A stretch of 64,000 nt of DNA from Tubiluchus corallicola (GCA_030141605.1 JAQGDQ010000046.1:124001-188000), one strand, 5' to 3'; positions 13,982 through 24,969 are shown, numbered from the stretch's first letter. Made by a program: numbers and translations. Notes: generated by a model from the letters alone, not told the origin.

Positions 13982-16900
13982 CTACACAGCTGTGCAATGT
14001 TCATCAGGGCTCAGCGGCTCATTGCTTCGAATGCTGTGTCGATCTCGTGGTATCGATTGAGCACTGCTCTGGCCTGGTTTTGACCACTGCCCACTGTTAT
14101 GAAATGATCGCTGTGAGCTGAAGCTTGCCGATCTAGAACCGTGACTGTATTCGTCATCATCAGTTTCCTCTTCAAACAAACAAAGGTTAATAATTGACAA
14201 TTATATCTAAGATTTTATTTAACTATTTACCATCACCAGGAGATATCAGATTTTCTAGAGTACAATCAGCTGATGCCTGAGCATTCTTAAACAAAATTTC
14301 AATGTCCTTTATACTTTTATTTTTGAGAATTTCATGTATTTTGACCCATTTACAATTATTAAAAATTTGAAAATACTTTGTACAAGATTCAAGCTTTCTA
14401 TCAGTAAAATATTTTTTTCTTTTATTAAACCACTAAATTCACTTTTGTTGTCTGACTTAACCAACTCTAGCACTAATACAAAAGCATGTAGTAGCTTACC
14501 TCGTCTAACACTCATTAGATGGCGATACTTTCCTGGAAACTTGAAGTACATCCTGAACGACTTTGGGCGCTCCTTGCGCATCTTAGAATCACCTCCTGAC
14601 AATTTTACAAAATAAAAGCTGACAAAGATTCGTGTAAAACTTGCAAACAGATGAAATTTTACTGCAGCAATCTGTCATATATGACACTGCAAAAAATGCA
14701 TTAAGAATGTCAAGTTTTATTAAATAACAATAACTTGCCCAATTCTGTACATATAAGTAGTTGGCCATTAGACATAGCAGCTAATCAGAAGAAAAAAAGA
14801 GACACTGAAAAGTTGTGAGCCAGTCAGGACACGAACCTGAGACCGTGAACTTATAACTTGCAGCTACACTATAAAGTTACAAGCCCAAACATAGCAAAGC
14901 AAGTGCAAATTCTCATCCCTATAGCGCACAATCAAATAGTGTGCTGTAAACCCAGTATTAGGTTAATTATTACTAAACATAAGCAGTAATGTTTCATTAA
15001 TTTTGTATTATCACAGCCAAAATCTAGTCAGCAATGTCTGACATCTAACCATCTAATTTTATTAACATATCAGGGATAAATTACCAAATTCATTATCGTG
15101 GATTTTCTTAACACACAACATAATCAGTCCAATGATGATAAAGAGTGCAAACACAGTACCAATACCAATAGCAGCATGTTTGTTTTTCATTGGATCTTCA
15201 TCGTACACATCAGCATTTCCTGTGTCAAAAATGTCTCCTAGAATGATTAATTAAAAATGCCATATTAAAGTTACTATGCTGCTGATACACAAATTCTTTT
15301 CCTATACACATGATGATGATGTCAATAAAAGATGACATCACAAAGGAAAAGTGCTTGTATCAAGTGAACATGAGTGTAATGTCAACATGGCAACCACTGT
15401 GGGCTTTGCAGCTGCGAACAGAATTTTGACTTTATGGTCATAATTTAATTACTTTCATCATCTGGACATCATGAGGAATCCGTGTAAATATAAAAGAAAG
15501 ATAAAATACTTTATTTTGTTAGTACAAATAGTCGATTATGCAATTATACACAAATAGCAAGAATGTATACAGTGAATTCTTAGACACTTGAATAACAGAA
15601 CATCATGTGCTTCTTCCGTGGTGTTCCTTTATCATTTTGTAAAATATCATATGAAGTTATAAAAGATTAACCATCAAAAATTTACTTCTAGAATGCAGAA
15701 AATCTTACATATGACTTGCATGGAAGAACATTTACTTCAACGAGCCGTAAAAGGACACAAATACATATTTATATGTACTAAGAGAGTTTATGCTGATATA
15801 ATTTCTATGTGAAAATCTGAATTTTATAACTATTTCTACTCTTATTTTAAAACTATGTGATGTACTAAAAGCAATTACGAGTAATCTACCAAAAATTACA
15901 TTTATTATTTAACCTTTATTATTATAAGATAATTATGAGGCAATTGTTTTGTGTTTAATAATCTAATTATGCATTAATCCGCTGCTTCATGCAAAAACAA
16001 ATTTCTTACTTCACCAAGCCATTGTGCTAGTAGGTGGAAATTATCAATTTTCCTAGCTTTGTTCTTACTCCTAAATGTTTGTGCAATGTCCAATTGTCCA
16101 CGATCATAAGTCCTATAAGGGTACAATTCTGGTACAGAAGTTCCTTGTGCAATTGCCTTTAATTTACTGTAAACTTTGTTATTGTAGGCAGGCCTGTAGG
16201 CAGAGGTTTGCGTACAATGTCACATGATGCTTGGAAAAAATTCAAAAAAGTGAGAAGGCTGTGCATGGCACGCATAAGATCTTTAAGGAGATCCCTATCC
16301 AAAAGAAGAAATAGAAGCAGAAGTAAGCACTATTGTAGCCGATCAAAACAAGCTAGCAGAGCATCAAGAGGAAGGCGATCCAGATCTAGGAATAGAAGAA
16401 ACAATGACAGACAGCAACAAAGCAGGCAAGGTGGCAGAAGATCAAGCAATAGGAGAGAAAGATGTTCAAATACTAGAAACAGGAGCAGATGTAGACAAAA
16501 GCATAGACAAAGTAAATATTGATCTCGACTGAAGGTAAGCATTTTTACCTAACAAACTGTTTCACAAACTACGCTTACAATTGCATGTAACTTATGCCTG
16601 ATTATTAATTTTAATTATACTGTCCCAAAATACTTTAACTGCTTTAGATCAACTAAGTTGTAAGCAAAAAACAATATGTAAATCTGCCATAGCATTGTGC
16701 CACTCTATCTGTTTATGAATCACATATTTTTACAATCCTTATTTTTAAATGTATATTCACCTTAACTACGGGGCCTAAGTTAACTTTAAGTAACTTCATT
16801 CATTACTTTGCTAACAGGCTCCAGTTGTTTTAAATGTGCTAAGGTTTATATTTATGGACAAAAAACAAAAGCACCTAAAAATACAGCTTGGAATAAGACC

Positions 16901-19675
16901 TCTTACATCTCTAAAGTAATGATGTGCACTGCATCTTCGTGGTAAGTAATACTAGTCACACAGTAAATTAAAACACTCATCAAAAAGTTCTTTTTTATCA
17001 GAGAAATCAATAAAAGAAACAAAAGGGATTATCACATAGGCAATCAAATAATGTTTAAAAACAAAATTATTTTATACTGCAAGTAAATTAATCCTCAGAA
17101 AATTGACAGACTCAAAATACTAAACTTTTAACTGCATTTTTATTTCAGCAAAAATCAGAGACTCGGATTCTGCCAGACACCATCATAAGATCATGCTTTA
17201 GGCATCACAGTTCAAGGATGACTAATAATGAAAATCTGTAAAAAACTAAGGCTATAAAATGTATAAAATACATATTGACCATGAAAATTGATTCAATGTT
17301 TTTGCATGCATGTGCATCACAGACAGTAGTAATAATATGAGATTAAGCTGTAATTGAATGCCTAAAACTCCATACAGTTGAGATTTTCATCCTGCTAACA
17401 TGTATGAGATATGCATAAGAGCACACACATACTTTTTGAAAAACATTTTAACTCAAGACAAAAGTTACTGAACCAATGACAGACAGTGAACAGCGGCAGC
17501 AGTGATGATGGCACCAATTTTAAGTGATCCCTGGAAATGCTTTAAAAATGTTCATAATTTATTACATGGTCCTACGTGTTGGATTGGTCCTAGTCTTAAC
17601 TCCCATATTTTGCAGATTTGTACTTGCATGGGCTGGGGGTACTAGAAAAAAATGATAAGCTAGGATGGCTGTGTGATATTCAACCATATAGTTGCTGATT
17701 ACTGCTGATCTTGCTCTCAGTTTATATACTTGCTGGTTCTCATTTTACAGTGTATTTCCTAACACCGTCTAGGTCATTTCTAACACAATGTGGAAAAAAA
17801 TGAGTCGAAAAATCAGTCCTGATGCTCATGGAAAAAAACCAGAGGCATTCCGTAGGCGGGGCTCTACTGCCAATAACATCTATGAATGTGACTTTTTTAT
17901 ACAATTTGGCAAGCTGTGTAAGCCTGTATAAGCCTTTTCTTATAAACGTTCTGGCAGCACATATAAGTGTATTTAATTTACTGCTGTAAGTGCCCAAGAT
18001 CCTGTCTAAACTACTACTAAATGTAACTATGCAACAACAGGAAACTTTCATACTCACCGCAATCCAATTCATCAGAGTTATCATAGCAATTCACAACATG
18101 GTTGCACCGTTCCTCGATTGGAATGCAGTTGCCATTAGTGCACGCAAACTCATTATCAGAGCAATTCTTCGAAACATCATCTTCTGAAATGGAAAAAGAT
18201 AACTGACAGTTTATGACGGCTACGAAAAAAGCAACAACCTAACAATATGATTAGCAGATAGCATGTTAAAGCTTAGTTAATTTATGTTAGACTCATAACT
18301 ACTAGGGTTTTGCAGTCAATACTAACATTAATAAGTTTCTTTAGGAGATTTAGGACTCTATCCTATTTTTTTGCATGCGCCAATGCCACCAGTCAAATTT
18401 CAATGAAGCTACTGACCTTCAACCTATGTAGCCACCAATAAACTTGCAATGTCTGCAAAAAGTTATATGGTATCAAATTATTCATATACGAAAATCAGTC
18501 AATTGTGAAAGCAAAATCGCAGGCACACTTACAATGAAGACAGCTATGAACTAACCCAATGATTGACTACTAGAATGTGTGCTTTCGTGCACGCTGCAAA
18601 GGTAAACGAAATAACAACAGTGACACAGGTAACCAAGTTGGTATTTATTTAGTGGTACTTTAACTGTCATTAGTGTAACTCTAGCCACAGGCAGTTAGTA
18701 CAATTTTTTGGGGGGAAGTGAACTCATAACTTTTGAGTAAAGCATATGTAGATGGTGAGCTAGGCCACGTTACCTGACTATTTTGCAAGAAAAAACATTG
18801 CGGTTGGGATCGTGCCATTGTTTGCAAGTGAATAAGGAAATGTACAGAAAAGATTGGGAATTCCTAAGAAGTTAACTCTTAAGTAATAGGGATGTGCACG
18901 AGTAGTAGATGATTTGACACTTCGAACTTTTTTATTATTCGAATAATAAAATACTATTCGCTTACCCTGCAATAACCACATGCTGAATGCAGTCCGCACA
19001 ATTACGGAGAGAAAAAATTATGGCACTGAGCCAATACTGTTGTCTCGAAAAGCAACCGTCATCTTTGCTGCCACACAAAAACAATTGTTCTACTGTCAGC
19101 AAATTACCCTGAGCAATATTAATTAGCTGGGAAATCGGTACATCCTCAGTTGTTCACGTGACATTGAAGAGGTTAGAACTTAGTATGGGAACATTTCGAA
19201 AAAATTCATTCAAGCATCGTAAATGTTCATTATGCAAAAATAAGTTATCAAAAATCAAGAAACTCTATGCTAAGTCATGTACAGCCTATTAAGCCAAGTG
19301 TGGATACAGGTAAATAATTTAACTAGCTCAGCATAGGGTTATGCCTCAACAATTAACATAGTACAGCCAGGCTGAAACAAGAGCATTGTTGTGTGTAACT
19401 TTACCATTCCAACAATTCACTTACACAATGACACAGTAATTGCTGTGTTGTATTTTTGTTTATCTAGTTTCATGTGCAGGCTACTGTGATGAATGTGGAA
19501 GAAAAATATCCCTGTGGTCAAATATTCAATTATTCGAATAATTTTTCTTCAAATATTCGAACAATATTTAATTAATTATTCGAAATTCCCATTCTTAATA
19601 CAAACATAGTTCACAATACTTACCTTGCAGAGTGAAACAGAGGAAAGACAACAGTACAATCAGTACATGCTCCAT
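13982..19675 (-). CDS. Small single-pass membrane protein with one LDL-receptor class A (LDLa) repeat (LDLRAD-like architecture), ~205-225 aa
   Basis: Phase-1 exon chain: 19675-19624 signal peptide (MEHVLIVLLSFLCFTLQ, in-frame TGA just upstream); 18183-18058 LDLa (CSDNEFACTNGNCIPIEERCNHVVNCYDNSDELDC, 6 Cys plus acidic DxSDE motif); optional 17641-17576 linker (VPPAHASTNLQNMGVKTRTNPT); 15237-15085 TM (AAIGIGTVFALFIIIGLIMLCVKK); 14595-14500; 14169-13982 tail ending HCTAV*. All introns are GT-AG. Confidence 0.85.
14812..14880 (-). repeat. Degenerate tRNA-derived repeat
   Basis: Minus strand ...ggtctcaGGTTCGTGTCCtgactgg forms a T-arm/B-box hairpin (tcagg...cctga). The rest is decayed. Confidence 0.4.
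16217..16522 (+). CDS. Arg/Ser-rich basic protein, protamine / sperm-nuclear-basic-protein-like (101 aa), nested antisense in an intron of the LDLa gene
   Basis: ATG at 16217 to TGA at 16522. I count 31 Arg, 9 Lys, 18 Ser, 4 Cys and only 3 acidic residues. Arg uses mixed AGA/AGG/CGA/CGC codons. Flanked by acceptor ctttgttattgtag| (16188) and donor AAG|gtaagc (16534). Function is inferred from composition only. Confidence 0.6.
   Translation: MSHDAWKKFKKVRRLCMARIRSLRRSLSKRRNRSRSKHYCSRSKQASRASRGRRSRSRNRRNNDRQQQSRQGGRRSSNRRERCSNTRNRSRCRQKHRQSKY
18058..18183 (-). CDS. LDLa-repeat exon (symmetric phase 1-1 module)
   Basis: tttccatttcag|AAGATGAT...GATTGCG|gtgagt, 126 nt, with canonical LDLa cysteine spacing. 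Confidence 0.92.
18887..19597. mobile_element. Old hAT-type MITE (TAGGGATG terminus, attcgaata subterminal repeats)
   Basis: 5' TAGGGATGTGCACGA, degenerate 3' end cccattctta, and clustered ttattcgaata motifs at both ends. The TSD is not recognisable. Confidence 0.6.
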
Positions 19676-20360
19676 TATAACGCTTCATCCAAGTACCAAG
19701 TACAAATTTATCATCGTCTTCACTCTGCAAAGTGAAATGAGAATAAGAGATATAAATTCACCACTAATTTGTGATTAACAGTCATCTATGTACCTAACCT
19801 ACCCTGCAACATCCTGTACGTACTGTGAATGACATAATATGTGCATTGCGCAACAGTGCAAACATCATGCACAAGGTATTTGACTGGGAAAGATCAATCA
19901 GTTTTTGGGCCTGTTTATTTGTTTTAAAAATGTATGTGAACTGCCAAAAGCAACTAACATGAAAATGTTAGACATTTGTGTAGTAAATAGTTTTAGCGTT
20001 CACGGACATAAGGTATTAAGCAGATATTAGAGATCTCATAGAAAGTGTACATGGCTGTTGTGCTTAAATATAAAATGAAAAGTTAACCTTAAGAGCATAT
20101 AAGAGTAACAAAGTTCACTTTCATTAAAAATATCTGTTTACCAGTTCTAGCAACATACTGAAATAGGCTTGTTTTGTATTTTGTAGTAATCAAATATTAT
20201 CAAGACAACTTCAATTCAATCTAAACTGATATTAGTATCCATATTAAGATGTTAAGTATACAAAAGTATAAAACAAATAACAGCATAAGAATTCTCGTGA
20301 TGGTACAAACCTAGAATTAATTAAATTTCAGTGTCAAAGTCGAAAGAGAGGAACTGTGAA

Positions 20361-20433
20361 AATTCGGAACAGCCTGAATTTGAACCAGGGACCTACGGCT
20401 TGTAAGACCTATGGCATAACCACTAGACAACCG
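20361..20433 (-). repeat. tRNA-derived repeat (SINE-like / tRNA pseudogene)
   Basis: Minus strand cggttgtcTAGTGGTTatgccataggtcttacaagccgtaggtccctGGTTCAAATTCaggctgttccg has A-box and B-box-like motifs at tRNA spacing. The stems pair poorly, so it is not a functional tRNA. Confidence 0.6.
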
Positions 20434-20762
20434 TTTTCTTGGTGATTAGGGCAGTAAAACTTTCCACATTTTCTCTCTATTGACTTCAGCGTCAAGATTA
20501 CATTGTATGTAAAGGTAATTGGAACTTTCTCTTGTATTACATGAATAAATATCAGTTTTGTACTTTTGGAAAAAATAGTTTTGAAATAAGTTAGAAAGTT
20601 TTGTTATTGAATTAATAAACAAAAGTGACTACATTTGGAACTCACTAATACTCGAAAGATGCAGCTGATTTAAGGATTTAAAAAAGATGGACTGGGATCA
20701 AGATGCACCTGTAGCCTTTTTCTTTAGTTTTTCTACTTTTGATAACCTATCCCTACAAACCA

Positions 20763-21290
20763 TTAGCGATGAGCGATTAATCGAATTAATCACAACTGCA
20801 ACCAGGTATAAATCGATACAATTGGCAATGAACAGTAATTCAATTAATTGAGAGTATACTCAATCAATTAATATACATGTTACACACACTGACTAAAAGG
20901 CAGTGTTTTAGCACAGATATATGAGATCTTTGCCCCTGCTTTTTCTTTGTTTATCCCCTCTATGTGCACAATTGCAAACCAGTGTTGCAAACTGGGACAT
21001 CAAATGTGTTGGCACGTAACGTGTGTAGTGACGTAATCATACAGTCGTTAAAGACAAGCAGTGTGTGTCTATAAGAAGAAGTTTATTAGCTATATTTCAC
21101 TGCTATCAGTGAAAAATATGGCTAAAACACAAAAAAAAACGCCAAGATTCATCGTGATACTGAATTACAAGAACACAATTATAATCAAATTACAAAATTT
21201 TAACCAGGCCATGATCAGCAACTATATCAAATTACAAAATTTCAAAATCGCCTATCACAACAACCTACATTACATTGAAGTAATTAAGGT
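20763..21290. mobile_element. Possible decayed hAT-type MITE fragment (TAGCGATGAGCGATTAATCG start)
   Basis: Start resembles the neighbouring hAT-type TIRs, followed by attaatc/aattac subterminal-like repeats. The right end is unclear. Confidence 0.35.
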
Positions 21291-21396
21291 ATGGCTGCAT
21301 AAAGAACAATAGAGAGTATCGTGTACGAAACAGAATAACACACTTTACAAATTATGCCCAAACTTTTAAAAATTTTAACTTCAGTGGATTCCAAGA

Positions 21397-22129
21397 CAGG
21401 GATGAGCGGATCAACTAATTTCCTGATCCACAAAAAATTTGGTCTGCAAACTTGTAATCCACAGTCCTCCAAAGATCTGCACTTTGCTAGTAACAGGGAT
21501 CCGCAACTGCTCTACTAAATTAATTCAAATCCGTGATTCGTCCTGATCCGCAAGGTTTCCGATCCGCATCCTGCTTACCCGGCTACTTTTAATTCAAATT
21601 TGCATATAATCTTTTTAGCATTAAAACAAAAATATTTTAAATCAGTAGAAATTGTACCCTATTGCAGTGTGTCCACTGGGTAGTTTGATTTTCATTGATT
21701 AATTGCAACTGTAAGAAGGAATATTAGAATATTCTCTATCTGATGTTATTTTATCATTTTAACATTAGCATTTTTAATAGCAATTAAATGATTTTACTAC
21801 TGCTGTGCTGCTGCTGCTACTACTAGTACAGTAGTATGTTCGTTTAATGATTAATGAAGCCAATTATTATTTTCACTTCATTACTATTCAACCTGGTAGC
21901 TTGTAGTGAGTGTCAATCTGCCATTTTCTTCCCGAAATGCACACGTTGTTATCTAGTGTGGATTAACGTTAAAGAAAATTAAAATCTGCAGAGATTCGAT
22001 CCTCCGTCATTTTCGATTTGTATAGTTCCTTATTTTCTATAGTTGATCCGCAATATGATCCGATCTGCAAAAATCTTGCGGATCTTGGTCTGATCTGGTC
22101 TGCAGGATCATATGGCCCGCTCATCACTC
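21397..22129. mobile_element. hAT-type MITE with GATCCG subterminal repeats
   Basis: TIRs CAGGGATGAGCGG ... CCGCTCATCACTC; degenerate 8-bp TSD ttccaaga / ttctaaaa; many gatccg/cggatc motifs at both ends. Confidence 0.8.
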
Positions 22130-22253
22130 TTCTAAAATACTTTTGCCAAGACCACTCTACATTATGCACTAGCAAAGCAGACTCTTGATCCTTCTACTAA
22201 AAGACACCGTCACAGCACTTATTCTACTACGGATAAAAGTAATATGCATGATG

Positions 22254-22954
22254 GGCGCTATTACACTTTCGCACCGCCTAGCTTTTCCTGGCCTATTGGT
22301 TGTTTTCACGCCTGCAGGCCAGAAAGCAGACCAACAGGCGTAATATACACCATATTCCCATAATATTATTGGTTTTTAGGCTTTATAATTCCAGATTAAA
22401 ATCATACATTACTTACCGCCGCCATTACGCAAAAAGCTCCACGTGAATAACCGTGTTTACACCGCTAATGCGCAATCGCTCTCGCGCAGTGATGATGTGG
22501 CCCTTAACATGTGGGTTGCAGCCACGGGAGTTTGTATCGTACTGCGGGAAATTATTTTAGACCACTACAGTTATTTATCATTAATTTTATTTATTACTAT
22601 AGTATTATTACTATTAGATTATAAAAAAAGTAAAGGTTTTTTCTTTATTTCGTAAATGCGGTGAAGATGAAAGTGTGTCACGTGCGTTTAAGCTAGGCCC
22701 TGATAATGCATAAACCAGTACGAAATTCGTGATGTGACTACACACACAAACAAGATGGCGATACGAACTGTATAGGTGTAGAACTGTGAATACAGCGTAA
22801 TTATTGGTAATTATACCTAAATATATGATTAAATTACAATTAGATTAGCGGAAACATTCACTGATGACGTAAGAATAATAGAATAATGACGTACGAGCCT
22901 AGAAACGAGTAATAACCTAGGAAAACCTAGGCGGTGCGAAAGTGTAATAGCTCC
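22254..22954. mobile_element. Non-autonomous TIR DNA transposon (701 bp), Mutator/MULE-like by its 9-bp TSD
   Basis: 36-bp TIRs ggcgctattacactttcgcaccgcctagcttttcct / aggaaaacctaggcggtgcgaaagtgtaatagctcc (34/36 complementary). Perfect TSD TGCATGATG at 22245-22253 and 22955-22963. Confidence 0.9.
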
Positions 22955-23536
22955 TGCATGATGTGTGCATAGTTCTTGATGCCTGTACCAATGCATTGTA
23001 CTGATAGCTATATTATTTTCATTCATCAGAGTTAGTCCCTAAATCTATTGCAAATAAGAATCTTGATTTATTCAAAATATTCAGTTAACCGTGCTTATTG
23101 GCTAACCAGTTGCGAACGGGTTACACTTTCAGTCAATGTTCTTTGCTTCCTTTCATAGCACTCGCATACTGACATTACTGCATAATATATTAGAACTACA
23201 CTATAGCGTAACTCACCCGTTTTGTAGAATAGCTGAACGACAATCAAAACATGGCCAGTCAAAAGTACTAAGCACATTTCTCATAAGCTAATTTACTTGG
23301 CCTGTATACAGGCTTAATTGTACTTTTAACACAACTTGAAAAAAAGACTGGCTATTCCCGTCGATAAAAACCCATAATTAGCAAGAGTTACTACAGAGAT
23401 AGTTTTAAGTCTAAACACATACTTCAGATTATGAAAGTATAAGATATATTACACGAAAACTAAAAATGAATCCACAAAGATCGCTTCTTCAAGATTCAGA
23501 TCGAGTAATGCAAGAAACCTTTTCACGATCACGTTA

Positions 23537-23560
23537 CATCATCATCATCATCATCATCAT
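23537..23560. repeat. (CAT)n microsatellite
   Basis: Directly visible. Confidence 0.95.
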
Positions 23561-23650
23561 GTTACATATTCATTACGATACAGTTACTGTCATCACAAAT
23601 ATTAATTATCATGTCCATTACGTCTATTGTAGACATTGTTTTCAGCGGTT

Positions 23651-23923
23651 TCACATCGGCCTCTTCCCCTTCTGATAGGCAGAAGGTATACTTGTAACAA
23701 TGTATCCGATTTCTATAATTATGTCAAAGTCAACTCCCAACAACTTTCCTACTTTCATGGCTTGGTTAACTATGACCTCCTTTAATTCATCTGTATCTTC
23801 AATGTAAAAATCGCCGGTTACAATGTTACTTGCACATATTCTTTTATTTAGTTTGACACTCATCAATCTGTTTTCTCTTGATGAGCATTTGACGTCTCCT
23901 TTAAACTTATTTTGGTAATTCAT
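23651..23923 (-). CDS. Candidate intergenic small ORF (90 aa), function unknown
   Basis: MNYQNKFKGDVKC...TGDFYIEDTDELKEVIVNQAMKVGKLLGVDFDIIIEIGYIVTS...; balanced, protein-like composition unlike the neighbouring spurious ORFs. No recognised domain. Confidence 0.3.
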   Translation of the reverse strand: MNYQNKFKGDVKCSSRENRLMSVKLNKRICASNIVTGDFYIEDTDELKEVIVNQAMKVGKLLGVDFDIIIEIGYIVTSIPSAYQKGKRPM

Positions 23924-24969
23924 TTTAACCACATCTAATTTCCATTACAGACTGTAGGCCCTCCCAGTACAAAACACCGTCATAATAGTTCTGCCTCCCC
24001 ATTAGGCAAGCAGAGCTTGTGGTCATTCAGTGCACTGATAGATAAGATACTTATCATTATTAGTCGTCATGACAACTCCACCCTAGTGCTTAACCGAACA
24101 CACTGGAGCTATTCTCTGAATGACTGGGTGGAGCCTAAGATTTTCCAAAAATATACGTACAAATGATTAGTATTTAAAAGAGAAGCTTGTGAGGCATCTG
24201 CAAAATGAGTGTGAGGAACTTGATTATTTTTTGATCAATGTGTTCCTGATATCTCTTCGAATCTTCAATTATACACCTCAAGATAGCACGTGAGGCATAC
24301 ACGAGAGTAATACATACATACATACAGAGTAATAAATGCAAATACTGCGGGCACGATAAATTCTCTACTGATCGAGCAATACTTACAGTGTTACATGTAC
24401 CAATTTGTTTTTAATAATAACCCTTAACAAAGTTATTATTACACTTGGGCATTGTAAAAATTTTATTGAAACATTCTTGTGACATTTTTCGTTTATTGTC
24501 TTCGCTACGATTTTAAATTTTGATTTTTTGACAATATATGGCCAGCTAGACACAATGAAGTTCAGCACCGATGCTGTTATGAATAAGCGTGTTTTAGTGG
24601 ACCGTAAAGCACTTAATTTAAGTGTTGTCAGGGATTATCCCAACAGTTGCATTGCAAATTTTGCTATTACGCCAAATAGATAATATTAATACCACACTGT
24701 CTGTCAGTTTTAACATAAAAGAATTGCATTAAAATAGAGTTATGGTGTACAATACCTGCAACTATTCGAATAAGGGATGAAGGTTGAGGTGGTTGGTATG
24801 GTAATAAAAAGATGAGTAACTCTTTGAAAAATGTATAACATGGATAATGGGCAAAACAGTGCCATCACTGTTTAATCCAAGTAGGCTCATCTTCAAAACA
24901 TCTTGATAAGAGACCAAAGACCAATAACTAAAATACATGAACTGTGACCAGCAAAATTATCATATAAAA

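Noticed and set aside
16287-16532. Glu-rich alternative plus-strand frame, and Leu/Cys-rich minus-strand ORF 16330-16542
   Set aside because: Expected shadows of an AGA/AGC-rich ORF; the Glu frame is preceded by TAA and has no early ATG.
18966-19095. Open exon-like segment with donor gtaagc (…SKDDGCFSRQQYWLSAIIFSLRNCADCIQHVVIAG) in the LDLa gene intron
   Set aside because: It lies inside the hAT-type MITE at 18887-19597, has weak acceptors and is not needed for phase continuity.
20361-20433. Functional tRNA-Val(TAC)
   Set aside because: Acceptor and anticodon stems do not pair properly, and related decayed copies occur at 14812 and 61995, so it is treated as a repeat.
23950-24395. Second solo LTR (TATA-like, AATAAA, ...TTACA end)
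   Set aside because: I could not find a matching TG start with a target-site duplication.
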